64,000 nucleotides of DNA from Promethearchaeia archaeon. Its GTDB lineage: Archaea > Asgardarchaeota > Lokiarchaeia > Sigyniarchaeales > SOKP01. Position numbers and translations under genes: made by a program. Location of the stretch: the NCBI GenBank assembly GCA_029856045.1, contig JAHQWG010000016.1:352001-416000 (forward strand), in the 5' to 3' direction. This document shows, piece by piece, positions 18,580 to 28,037 of this stretch. How positions within the stretch are numbered: position 1 is the first letter of the stretch; each line of letters begins with the position of its first letter. The notes beneath the pieces are model-generated. The model made no database searches. It was not told the origin of the DNA and saw only the letters and a list, made by a program, of their open reading frames with translations.

Positions 18580-19686
18580 ATGTCAGAAGAAAAACCTAAA
18601 GAAGGAGACTTAATGAAAAGAATTCTTGGGAGAGAGGAGCTAACCCACAAACGATATGAATGGCTTGATCAATTCAGGGGTTTGATTATAATTTTTTTGA
18701 TTATCTCAGTGATAACATGGGAACTCTCCGGAGATGCAATTGCGGGTGATATCATGGTTGGTCCACCACTACTTAACCATGGTTTTCAATACGCCAAATT
18801 TTATCCAGCGATTATAACAATTATCGATATTGGGCAACAGATATTCATGTTTTGTATGGGTTATGTAGCATATCTTGCATTTTCAGGTAGATTGGAAAAA
18901 AAAGGTGCAAAAGAAGCCTGGAAACATGGTATAATTCGAGTAGTAATTTTATATATTCTATCTTTCCTCGATGATGGACTTATTGGCGGAGACCTCTTAA
19001 ATGGGGGAACTACTTGGATAAAAAATGTATTCTGGAATGGAACTCTGGCAAATCTAGCAATCGGTACATTTGCTGCCTATTTAGCAGTATATTTAGTAAG
19101 AGATGCTGATAAGCGGTTATATGTTGGAATAGCGATGATGATTCTCCATTCTATACTATTTGCATTGCCTTTTTTTGAGCATTATGGACCATCTACTGGT
19201 GATGTTGTATTCCCCTTTATCTCATTGAATCATGCTTCAATTGCTATCATTGCAACATGTTTCTCACAATGGTATAAAATGGACCCTGATAATCCCCGTG
19301 TTGCTTTTAAAAAGAGAATATTACCTGGAGCTACCATTGCTATTGTTGCATTTTATTGTTTGGATTGGATTCAACCGGCTGAACATCACGATGTAACAAC
19401 ATCTCTTGCTTTACTTGCAATAGCTACTTCCGCTTTTATGATCACAGTTTTCTACAGTTTAGAGCAGCTTGATTTTAAGATACCGATTTTGAGTGAAATG
19501 GGGAAAAATATATTGTTAATTTTCATATTAACATTATTTGTGGGGCTATTTGTTGGTATTATTCCTAAAGATTTTCTAGTTGCTAATTCATTACTTGCTT
19601 TAATTCTAGTCGGAATATTGCCAATTGCTATATTAGCGGGAATTGCAGTTCTACTTGACAGAAAAAATATTAAAATTAAAATTTAA
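18580..19686 (+). CDS. Multi-TM membrane protein, HGSNAT/DUF1624-like putative acyltransferase
   Basis: R...LDQFRGL at the N-terminus, L.H, D....IF.F.MG and about 10 TM segments. Confidence 0.6.
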   Translation: MSEEKPKEGDLMKRILGREELTHKRYEWLDQFRGLIIIFLIISVITWELSGDAIAGDIMVGPPLLNHGFQYAKFYPAIITIIDIGQQIFMFCMGYVAYLAFSGRLEKKGAKEAWKHGIIRVVILYILSFLDDGLIGGDLLNGGTTWIKNVFWNGTLANLAIGTFAAYLAVYLVRDADKRLYVGIAMMILHSILFALPFFEHYGPSTGDVVFPFISLNHASIAIIATCFSQWYKMDPDNPRVAFKKRILPGATIAIVAFYCLDWIQPAEHHDVTTSLALLAIATSAFMITVFYSLEQLDFKIPILSEMGKNILLIFILTLFVGLFVGIIPKDFLVANSLLALILVGILPIAILAGIAVLLDRKNIKIKI

Positions 19687-19798
19687 ATTTATTTTTTTTC
19701 TTTCCTTTATTCCTTAGTAAAAAATCTGTTTAGGAAAAAAATAAACATAATAATATATTTATTATAAAATAATATTTAAAATAAAATTTAAAATAAAA

Positions 19799-19860
19799 TA
19801 ATCCGGTCGTGGCGCAACGAAGTGCTGGACTCCCACTGCTGAAATGTCGCAACCAGATTA
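19799..19860 (+). ncRNA. GC-rich hairpin with a kink-turn upstream of srp54 (5'-UTR element or small RNA)
   Basis: Outer stem TAATCCGGT/ACCAGATTA, inner stem GTGGCG/TGTCGC, tandem GA pairs (GA 19819-20 and GA 19841-42), 3-nt bulge GCT and apical stem AGTG/CACT. It sits in an almost pure A/T intergenic region. Confidence 0.5.
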
Positions 19861-19888
19861 AAGAATAGTTTAATTTATGCGATAAGAT

Positions 19889-21256
19889 ATGGTACTAGAG
19901 GCTCTTGGAAAATCTTTAGATAGTGCGATAAGGAAGATTCGTCGACTCCCTAAGGTCGATAAGGATGCAATCGATGCTTTAATTCAAGAGCTGCAAAGGG
20001 CTTTACTTTCTTCTGATGTAAAAGTGGAAATTGTTTTCGAAGCTACAGAAAATATCAAAAAGGAAGCACTGAACACGAAGTTAAGTAGTTCTATAAGGAG
20101 AAGGGATTTCATAATTAAAATAATACACGATGAGTTGGTTAAGATTCTTGGAGGGAAATCAACTCCTATACTGATTAAACCCAATAAGCTAAATATAATT
20201 CTCATGGTTGGTATTCAGGGAAGTGGAAAAACCACCACAGTAGGCAAACTAGCAAATTATTATAAAAGTAAGGGTTATACAATAGGCGTAGTTTGCGGAG
20301 ATAATTTCCGCCCTGGAGCATTTGAACAACTAGAACAGTTATGTAATCCAATAAATGTAAAGGTTTATGGAAATCCAATTGAAAAAAACCCAATAAAACT
20401 CGTTCTAAGACAAACCAAACAAGCCTTAAAGGAGAATTACAATATAATAATTGTTGATACAGCAGGACGTCATAAAGAAGAAAAAGAATTGATGAAGGAG
20501 ATTGAAAATATTGAAAAATTAGTTAAACCAGATGAAGTTATTTTAGTTATTGATGGAACACTTGGACAACAAGCATATAATCAAGCTTTGGAATTTTCTA
20601 AGGCAACTCGAGTAGGTTCTATAATAGTCACAAAATTAGATGGAACTGCAAAAGGTGGTGGAGCATTGTCGGCAGTTGCTGCAACAAACGCTCCAATAAA
20701 ATTTATTGGAATAGGAGAAAAAATTGATCAATTTGAACTATTTGAGCCAACTAGATTTGTCGGGACACTACTTGGAATACCTGATTTAGAGGGTTTAGTT
20801 CAAAAAGTTCAAGATGCAATGGCTGAACCAGATCCAGAAATGGTTAAGCGAATGATGCGAGGGAAATTTACATTAGAAGATCTTTATATCCAGCTAAAAG
20901 CGATAAAAAAGATGGGTAGATTCGGGAAACTCTTAGGAATGATGGGTATAGGCAATATTCCTGATGAGGCAAAGGACATGGCCGAACAAAATTTAGATCA
21001 ATGGGAAGTTGTTTTAAATTCAATGACAAAGGATGAAAAAGAAAATCCTAAAATCATAAAAAAATCCAGAAAACGTAGAATTGCAATTGGGAGTGGTACA
21101 TCATACACTACAATTAATAAAATGCTAGATCAATATAATCAAATGAAATCAATGATGAAAAAGTTTATGAAACTTAGAAAAAAGGCTAAGAAAGGTCGAG
21201 GTGGGTTTCCAGGATTGCCTCCTGGTTTTGAAATGCCTAAGGATTTTAAATTTTAA
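19889..21256 (+). CDS. srp54: Signal recognition particle protein SRP54
   Basis: GIQGSGKTTT, DTAGRH, TKLDGTAKGGGALS and a Met-rich M domain. Confidence 0.97.
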   Translation: MVLEALGKSLDSAIRKIRRLPKVDKDAIDALIQELQRALLSSDVKVEIVFEATENIKKEALNTKLSSSIRRRDFIIKIIHDELVKILGGKSTPILIKPNKLNIILMVGIQGSGKTTTVGKLANYYKSKGYTIGVVCGDNFRPGAFEQLEQLCNPINVKVYGNPIEKNPIKLVLRQTKQALKENYNIIIVDTAGRHKEEKELMKEIENIEKLVKPDEVILVIDGTLGQQAYNQALEFSKATRVGSIIVTKLDGTAKGGGALSAVAATNAPIKFIGIGEKIDQFELFEPTRFVGTLLGIPDLEGLVQKVQDAMAEPDPEMVKRMMRGKFTLEDLYIQLKAIKKMGRFGKLLGMMGIGNIPDEAKDMAEQNLDQWEVVLNSMTKDEKENPKIIKKSRKRRIAIGSGTSYTTINKMLDQYNQMKSMMKKFMKLRKKAKKGRGGFPGLPPGFEMPKDFKF

Positions 21257-21416
21257 TTTTTTAAAAAAATTTAAAAATTTTTTGTATGTTTTTAAAGTAC
21301 AAAATTTGATAAAAATCGAATTATTTTAATAATTCTAACTAATTTTCTATTTAAGACATAAGATTTTCTATTTGGGATTGGAAATAGAAATAATTTTGAT
21401 TGGGTTTTTAATTTGA

Positions 21417-21749
21417 ATGATTAATATAGATAGTGGTGTTTCAGAGAAAGAAATTTATTATAAAATAATTGATTTTTTTTTCCTATATCATAATAATAGT
21501 AATAAAGATTTAGATTTTTTAAAAGATCTAAGCATTATAGAAGTATTTAATTTTTTACGCAGCTCTAATTCTTCATTTAGTACTGAACAGAAGGATAAAA
21601 TAATGCAAAATGCAATAATTATTTTTTTAGCACTTTTTAATGATGCTCCTCCAGATCGTTTTCATTCCTTGGGTAAAGAATTAGATACATTATCAATAAA
21701 CGAGAAAAATCTAATTTTTTCTTTAATTTCAAATGTTTTCAATAAATAA
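21417..21749 (+). CDS. Hypothetical protein
   Basis: 110-aa ORF with ATG start; no recognised motif. Confidence 0.5.
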   Translation: MINIDSGVSEKEIYYKIIDFFFLYHNNSNKDLDFLKDLSIIEVFNFLRSSNSSFSTEQKDKIMQNAIIIFLALFNDAPPDRFHSLGKELDTLSINEKNLIFSLISNVFNK

Positions 21750-21855
21750 ACGTAAATTTTTCATCATTTCTCACTATCATAAAATCCAAATAACTAAATG
21801 TAAAAATGGGAATAAAAAAAAATAATAATCGATAATTCATAATTAAAATCTTAAC

Positions 21856-22506
21856 TTGCCGAATTTTTTAATTATTACCAAAAATATTCCAGACTATTCA
21901 AAGCATGATATAGATCTTGGAAATACTCCTAAAATTGTTATCCAACTTTGCTTATGCTTAAAAGAAGCATTTTTCTTAGCGTATAAAATTAGAAAGTACA
22001 TAAATTTTTATATTTATATTGAAGAGAGTGAAATTTTAATTAAATTTGAAGGAAAAACTTTAAAATACCTTGGTCCAGATGAGCGGTCTCAATCTCTTCT
22101 TTTAGAAAAGGCATTAAAAATGAGTTATTACAAAAAAACTATTTCTCCTATGATGTTCATAAAATCTACGCCTGGTATCTTTATTAAGAAGGTTAGATTT
22201 AAAGAATTTATCGAAAGTCAAGAAAACTCACAAAATATATATGTTCTAAATTCATTTCAGGAAGAGCAACTAAAAGATATCGAAGTATTATTTAATACGG
22301 CAAAGATTGAAGATAATAGAAATTCAATTTTTATATGTTTTTTAAATTATGATCCAAGAAAATTTAATTATTATTTACCCTATTTAATATGTTTAACAAA
22401 AATCAATATTTTAGAAGGATTAAATAAAAAAATTGAAAACTTACCTTGTTGGGATAAAATTTTATATATTAACCATTATTTCGATAAAATAAACTATGAT
22501 ACTTAA
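21856..22506 (+). CDS. trmY: TrmY-like SPOUT protein (tRNA pseudouridine54 N1-methyltransferase-like), divergent
   Basis: AFFLAYKIRK, LKYLGPDERS and STPGI match the TrmY N-terminal half; the C-terminal knot is poorly conserved. Confidence 0.65.
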   Translation: MPNFLIITKNIPDYSKHDIDLGNTPKIVIQLCLCLKEAFFLAYKIRKYINFYIYIEESEILIKFEGKTLKYLGPDERSQSLLLEKALKMSYYKKTISPMMFIKSTPGIFIKKVRFKEFIESQENSQNIYVLNSFQEEQLKDIEVLFNTAKIEDNRNSIFICFLNYDPRKFNYYLPYLICLTKINILEGLNKKIENLPCWDKILYINHYFDKINYDT

Positions 22507-23902
22507 AAATGCGAGAATATATTCAGATGAAGAATTGAAGCTGGGCTCCATTTATATTTCAGATGGGAAATTCAAGAAAATAATTTTCCATAGCCAAGAA
22601 AATGATGCCCATTTTGAAGATATAACAGATAATGATATTATTGATTGTAAAAAGAAAATATTATTACCTGGCATAATAGATGTTCATTCGCATCTTAGAG
22701 ACCTAGGTCAATCTGAGAAAGAAACTTTTATTACGGGAACTAGAGCAGCGGCTGCGTCAGGAATTACAACTGCATTTGATATGCCAAATACAATCCCTCC
22801 AGCAATCACTTCTCATGATGTAGAAAAATGGATGGATGCGGCAAGAAATAATATTTTTATTGATATAGGCTTTATTGCAGGGGTTCCTGAAAAAATAAAT
22901 CAAGAAGAATTTGAAAAAATTATAAATTTGGGCGTAATGGGTTTTAAGATATATCCTCATTCACCTCTTTCCAAAATCGATTGGATAAATCCTAAAAATA
23001 TTGAACAAATGTTGTATCTTACCTCAAAATATAATATTCCATTATTCATTCACCCTCAAATGCCAATAAAAAATTCAGAGGTCAATGGAAAATTTGAAAA
23101 TGGCATAATTCAAAAAAGAGCGCCTTTGAAACTTTTTAATGAGATTTATTCAGGCGATATTGAAAAGAATTTTATTGACTATTTTCAAAAACATTATGAA
23201 CGTTTTATTATTAACAATAAAAACATTTCTGTGTATCCCCATATCCATTTTTGTCATGTGAGTTCAAAAGAGGCTTTATATATCCTTCTTAATGCAAGAT
23301 TTGAAGTGAGTTTATTAAATTTTTCTTTTGAAGTTACACCTCATCACCTCCTTCTTAATAACGATATGAAATTTGAGAAAGATAGTTATGCAAAAGTTTT
23401 ACCTCCTCTTAGAGATGAGCTTGATAGAAATTACATTTATCAAAATTTAGAAAATGGAAATATTGATTTGATTGGAACAGATCATGCTCCTCATACTATT
23501 GAAGAAAAATCGAGACCCTTTATTGAAGCTCCATCTGGTTTTCCGGGTTTTGAAACATATCCTCTTCTATTATTAGAAAAAGTACTTAATTCTGATTTAC
23601 AATTGAAAACTTTTATTAAGTGTTCTTCTGAAATGCCAGCTAAATTATTCGGTTTGAAATATAAAGGTTTTATTAAAGAAGGACTTGATGCTGATTTTTA
23701 TCTGGTGGAAAAAGTAGATCCTTATACAATTGATCCTGAAAAATTTTACAGTAATGCAAAATTTTCTCCATTCAAAGGGTTCAAAACTACAGTTAAAATC
23801 TCCGGAGTATATCTAAGAGGTCAAGAAATATATGATGGAGAAAATGTTTTGAGTAATAAAAGAGGTCAAATTATTCATAAAAGAAATAATATTAAATACT
23901 AA
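22496..23902 (+). CDS. pyrC: Dihydroorotase (type I)
   Basis: PGIIDVHSHLRD, DMPNT.P, HFCHVS, EVTPHHL, PPLR and GTDHAPH. Confidence 0.88.
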   Translation: MILKNARIYSDEELKLGSIYISDGKFKKIIFHSQENDAHFEDITDNDIIDCKKKILLPGIIDVHSHLRDLGQSEKETFITGTRAAAASGITTAFDMPNTIPPAITSHDVEKWMDAARNNIFIDIGFIAGVPEKINQEEFEKIINLGVMGFKIYPHSPLSKIDWINPKNIEQMLYLTSKYNIPLFIHPQMPIKNSEVNGKFENGIIQKRAPLKLFNEIYSGDIEKNFIDYFQKHYERFIINNKNISVYPHIHFCHVSSKEALYILLNARFEVSLLNFSFEVTPHHLLLNNDMKFEKDSYAKVLPPLRDELDRNYIYQNLENGNIDLIGTDHAPHTIEEKSRPFIEAPSGFPGFETYPLLLLEKVLNSDLQLKTFIKCSSEMPAKLFGLKYKGFIKEGLDADFYLVEKVDPYTIDPEKFYSNAKFSPFKGFKTTVKISGVYLRGQEIYDGENVLSNKRGQIIHKRNNIKY

Positions 23903-23919
23903 GTAGTATAAAAGTTAAA

Positions 23920-24555
23920 ATGGTAAAAATGGTCCAAGAAAAAATAACTGTTGAAGATGGAATTACTTTAATTAAATTTGCTCGAGAAAATATTGAAACA
24001 TATTTAAGAACTTCTAAAAAAATTATTCCAGATGAAAGCATTGAAAAAAAATATTCCGGGAAATATGGTGTCTTTGTTACTCTGAATAAATTGGAGGCTA
24101 ATGAAAAAAGGCTTAGGGGTTGTATTGGGTATCCCGAGCCTATTTTTCCACTTATAAAAGCAATTCACGATGTTTCGATTTCTTCGGCAATTGAAGATCC
24201 CCGTTTTCCCAATGTTACTCTCGAAGAAATGGGTAACATCGTAATAGAATTAACTGTATTAACTCCTCCCGAATTGATAGAAGTTAATGAACCTAATGAA
24301 TACTTGGAAAAAATTAAAATAGGAAGAGATGGTTTGATTGTTGAGCATGGAATGCGAAGAGGATTGCTTTTACCCCAAGTTCCCGTAGATGATGGAAGAA
24401 ATTGGGATGTAAAAACATTTCTTGAACATACCTGTATGAAAGCATGGCTTCCAACGGATTCTTGGAAAAATAAAGATACTAAAATTTACAAATTTGAGGG
24501 AATTATTTTTGAAGAACTCACTCCTCGAGGTAAAATCATTTTAAAAGTAATTTAA
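23920..24555 (+). CDS. AMMECR1 domain protein (TIGR00296 family)
   Basis: GVFVTL, LRGCIG, DPRF, GRDGL and GLLLPQV. Confidence 0.93.
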   Translation: MVKMVQEKITVEDGITLIKFARENIETYLRTSKKIIPDESIEKKYSGKYGVFVTLNKLEANEKRLRGCIGYPEPIFPLIKAIHDVSISSAIEDPRFPNVTLEEMGNIVIELTVLTPPELIEVNEPNEYLEKIKIGRDGLIVEHGMRRGLLLPQVPVDDGRNWDVKTFLEHTCMKAWLPTDSWKNKDTKIYKFEGIIFEELTPRGKIILKVI

Positions 24556-24929
24556 TCTTTTTTAATTACAATATCATTAATTCCTAACCACTTTTTGGCT
24601 TCATCAAGAGTCGTAACAATCTTCCTTTTCGGAGATGCCGCCTTTTCTAATAAATATTGAAATTCAACATCTAAAGGTGGATTATCAGTAATAACAAAGG
24701 CTGATTTTTCCAATCTTTTATTATTTTCTTTTAATAAATCTAAAATAATATTTATTGAATTACCATCCAATAAATTGGCGTCACTAATATCTACAAGAAA
24801 ACGGAACTTTTTCAATCTTTTTGTTTGCTCTTTAAAATCATTTACAAATCTTTTAGCTTCAACAGGTGGAAATTTCCCAATTGTTTTTAGATAAAAACAA
24901 TTTTCACTCATTTTCTCCAATTGATACAA
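24552..24929 (-). CDS. STAS/SEC14 (SpoIIAA-like) domain protein
   Basis: FRFLVDIS, KSAFV and C-terminal TLDEAKKWL are typical of SpoIIAA-like domains. Confidence 0.65.
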   Translation of the reverse strand: MYQLEKMSENCFYLKTIGKFPPVEAKRFVNDFKEQTKRLKKFRFLVDISDANLLDGNSINIILDLLKENNKRLEKSAFVITDNPPLDVEFQYLLEKAASPKRKIVTTLDEAKKWLGINDIVIKKD

Positions 24930-24976
24930 AAATAATCACCTATTATTTTTATTAGTATAATCATTTTTATATAATT

Positions 24977-25369
24977 ATGCCAATCATTTCACTTCAGTTA
25001 GACGAAGATTTATTGGATCGTTTTAATAAGGTTAAAAATAAGCGTGGATATACATCAAAGAGTAAGGCTATAAGAGATTCCATTATTGAATTTATTGATA
25101 ACTATGAAAAATTTGACGATCTAAAGGGGTATAAGATGATGACCATAAATCTTATTTATCCAATAGAAGTTGGATTATTATCTGAGGTATCTGAGATATG
25201 CGATAAATACAGAAGTTTAATTAAAACAATGATGGATTGGAGGATAGCTTCAAAAAAAATTGAAATCATCTTAACTGTCGGAGAAGTTGATACAATTAAA
25301 GATTTTTATAATGAACTTATAAGAATTAAAGATATAACCTCAACAATACATGAAATAATAATTGAATAA
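24977..25369 (+). CDS. NikR-like ribbon-helix-helix regulator
   Basis: IISLQLDEDLL..F......GY.S.S.AIRD RHH domain followed by a NikR C-terminal-like ACT fold. Confidence 0.75.
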   Translation: MPIISLQLDEDLLDRFNKVKNKRGYTSKSKAIRDSIIEFIDNYEKFDDLKGYKMMTINLIYPIEVGLLSEVSEICDKYRSLIKTMMDWRIASKKIEIILTVGEVDTIKDFYNELIRIKDITSTIHEIIIE

Positions 25370-25373
25370 TCTT

Positions 25374-26225
25374 TTAAATAAACTTTAAAGAGAAATCTAC
25401 GTGTTTATGAGGAAACTGAGTTAAAGCTCCTAAACTTATTATATCCACTCCAGTTTTGACGTAATCTTCAATATTTTCCTTATTGATCGACCCAGAAGCT
25501 TCTAATAAAACCTTCTTTCTTAAACCCTCCATTTCTAATGCTTTTATCGCTTCTTCAATCTCTGCTGGTTTCATGTTATCTAACATTATAATATCTGCTC
25601 CATTTTTTGCAGCAATTAAAATATCTTCAATGTTTTCTACTTCAATTTCAATCTTTTTGGTAAAACTTGCTAATTCACGAGCTTTTTTAAGAATTTTCTT
25701 AATATCACCTGAAAAATATTTTAGATGAGTATCTTTAATCAAAATCATATCATCAAGATTCCAGCGATGAGTCTCCCCTCCTCCTAATTTTACAGCCCTC
25801 TTTTCAAAAATTCTAAAATATGGAGTCGTTTTTCTAGTACAAGCAATTCTTATATGTTTATTTATTTTCTTGGTTATATTAACAAGATCTCTTGTTGATG
25901 ATGTGATAGCACTCATGCGTGTTAAAAGATTTAATGACGTTCTTTCACCAAATAAAACATCATGAACATTTCCAGACAATTCACAAATTATATCATTCTC
26001 AACAACTTTATCTCCATCTTTTTTAAATGTTGTAATTTTAACATTTAAAAATTCAAATAAAATCTCAATCTCTTTTAATCCCGATATATATCCTAAACTT
26101 TTAGCAATAATTTTGGCTTTAATTTCCTTATCATCTGGAATCATTTCTGAAGAAATATCTTGAAATAAGCAATCTTCTTCTAGAAATTCTTGAATTTTTT
26201 TTCTAATTATTATTTTGTTCATCAT
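25374..26225 (-). CDS. nadC: Quinolinate phosphoribosyltransferase
   Basis: ERTSLNLL, TRKTTP, HR.NL.D.ILIKD.H, IEIEVE, IMLDN and EASG.I. Confidence 0.95.
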   Translation of the reverse strand: MMNKIIIRKKIQEFLEEDCLFQDISSEMIPDDKEIKAKIIAKSLGYISGLKEIEILFEFLNVKITTFKKDGDKVVENDIICELSGNVHDVLFGERTSLNLLTRMSAITSSTRDLVNITKKINKHIRIACTRKTTPYFRIFEKRAVKLGGGETHRWNLDDMILIKDTHLKYFSGDIKKILKKARELASFTKKIEIEVENIEDILIAAKNGADIIMLDNMKPAEIEEAIKALEMEGLRKKVLLEASGSINKENIEDYVKTGVDIISLGALTQFPHKHVDFSLKFI

Positions 26226-26300
26226 AATTCCACATATAGAATCTTATTGTAGATTTGTTAATCACTAATCTTTTAAAAACATTCAGAGATATTTTAGTTT

Positions 26301-26957
26301 ATGCTTAAAGAAATAAAAATTCCTGTACCTAATACAAATATTAATCTTGAGACTGAATTTTTTAACCCAGATAATGATAAAGTAAATATATGCGTTCTTC
26401 TAGCTCATCCCCACAGCTTATATGGAGGAAACATGTCAAACAATGTTATATCTTCTCTTTTTTCCACATTTTCTAATGAAAATATTCCAACTTTAAGATT
26501 CAATTTTAGAGGAGTGGGAAAATCTACAGGATCTTATGGTCAAGATATAGGAGAGCAAGAAGACATTAGAACATGTATAAAATTTTTAATTGAAAAAGAA
26601 GAATTTGAAAAAATCTTCATTGTTGGGTATTCTTATGGGGCTGCAATTGGATGTTCACAAGTTAATACTTTTAAAAATATTATGGGATATGTTGCCATTG
26701 CATTTCCGTTTGATTTATTTATTATGTTCAAAAATTTAGCTCAAACTTCTAAACCGAAGTTATTCATTCAAGGTAATATGGATAATATCGCAAATTTTCG
26801 CAATTTTTTAAAACACTTTAAGGATATGAAACCACCTAAGGAATATAAAATAATAAATAATGCAGACCACTTTTTCTGGGGATTTGAAAACCAAGTATCC
26901 AAATTTGCATTTGATTTTGTAAAGAAAATAGAGAATATAAGAAAAAGAATAATATAA
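26301..26957 (+). CDS. Alpha/beta hydrolase (COG2945-like)
   Basis: HPHSLYGGNMSN.V, RFNFRGVGKS, GYSYG nucleophile elbow and ADHFF. Confidence 0.88.
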   Translation: MLKEIKIPVPNTNINLETEFFNPDNDKVNICVLLAHPHSLYGGNMSNNVISSLFSTFSNENIPTLRFNFRGVGKSTGSYGQDIGEQEDIRTCIKFLIEKEEFEKIFIVGYSYGAAIGCSQVNTFKNIMGYVAIAFPFDLFIMFKNLAQTSKPKLFIQGNMDNIANFRNFLKHFKDMKPPKEYKIINNADHFFWGFENQVSKFAFDFVKKIENIRKRII

Positions 26958-26969
26958 ATTTGAAGATAA

Positions 26970-27386
26970 TTAAATACTTGCAAGACTTTTTAATTCTGGT
27001 AGGGCGTTTTCTTCTGCCCAGTCAAGTAATTGGTCATAATATTTCTCAATCTCTTGAGATTCGGGAACGGGCGCAAGAACTGCTAAAATAAATAGTGTTT
27101 TTTCTATTTCAATATTACGACAGATTATTAAAAATTCCTTAAAAAGAACTTTAATTGATTCCAACTCGGAATTGAGTGATAATTCTTCCCCTACTTTACT
27201 TGCAGTATCACTAAGAAGACTTCCCATGGCTGCAACAACAGCTTCATCTACATCGGGTTCTCTCTGAGATGCGAGGACTAAACCCGCTGATGTGCTAAAT
27301 AAAGAAGCTCTAAATCCAGCATTTTCATTTAATTCTTTTAATATAAGATCTAAACGACCCGGAATTTCTAAAACCTCTATTCTCAT
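26970..27386 (-). CDS. Roadblock/LC7 domain protein
   Basis: Pattern L..L....G...S...++.GLVLAS.......VAAM.S.L......EEL. Confidence 0.75.
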   Translation of the reverse strand: MRIEVLEIPGRLDLILKELNENAGFRASLFSTSAGLVLASQREPDVDEAVVAAMGSLLSDTASKVGEELSLNSELESIKVLFKEFLIICRNIEIEKTLFILAVLAPVPESQEIEKYYDQLLDWAEENALPELKSLASI

Positions 27387-27466
27387 TTAATTTGTTAAAA
27401 TTTTTACGATATTAATTATATGTATTTAACAATTATATAAGTTTTTATATACTTATTGTGTAAATT

Positions 27467-28000
27467 CTATTTTTTTTTCTTAAAAGGTAATGAAATTAAA
27501 TAGGCAGATGCTAACCCATTTTCAATATTTAAAATAATTAGTGTTGGTTTAGCGACTGGTTCTTGAAATCCTGGTTTTTTTGGTGGTGCTCGAGGATAAG
27601 CAATAGAACCAGGATTTAATATCATGCATTTTGATTCCAACCCTTTAATGGAAGGAATATGAGTATGTCCGGTTATTAATATATTAAGATTCCTACTTTC
27701 AATATATTGATCTAATTCATTTATAGGGATCTCATGAATTATCCCAATCCTTTGTCCTTCAACCTCGAGCAATTTTTCCTTGGGTAATTCTTTAATTTTA
27801 TCCATATTACTTGCTACACAATGAACTGGGGCAATCTCTTTTAATCGCTCTAAAAATAATTCAGTAACTACATCTCCTGCGTGAATAATCACATCCACGT
27901 TTGATAAATATCTTCCCAATACATTAATAAAATTATCAATTTTTTTAGGATCCCATGTTTCTTCTACATGCGTATCAGAGATTATTCCAAATTTTACCAA
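27467..28000 (-). CDS. YfcE/MJ0936/Vps29-family metallophosphoesterase
   Basis: IISDTH, IIHAGD, SNMD, GHTH and NPGS. Confidence 0.85.
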   Translation of the reverse strand: MVKFGIISDTHVEETWDPKKIDNFINVLGRYLSNVDVIIHAGDVVTELFLERLKEIAPVHCVASNMDKIKELPKEKLLEVEGQRIGIIHEIPINELDQYIESRNLNILITGHTHIPSIKGLESKCMILNPGSIAYPRAPPKKPGFQEPVAKPTLIILNIENGLASAYLISLPFKKKK

Positions 28001-28037
28001 AATTAACCATTTTTTTTTGAACTATTCCTTTTTTATC

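Noticed and set aside
19799-19860. Hairpin as a SECIS element, SRP RNA or tRNA
   Set aside because: The K-turn polarity is opposite to SECIS and the upstream gene ends in TAA with no in-frame TGA. It lacks the GNRA-capped helix 8 of SRP RNA, is far too short, and has no cloverleaf.
21761-21767. ATGATGA (box C) on the minus strand as a C/D sRNA
   Set aside because: No box D (CTGA) at a suitable distance and no terminal stem.
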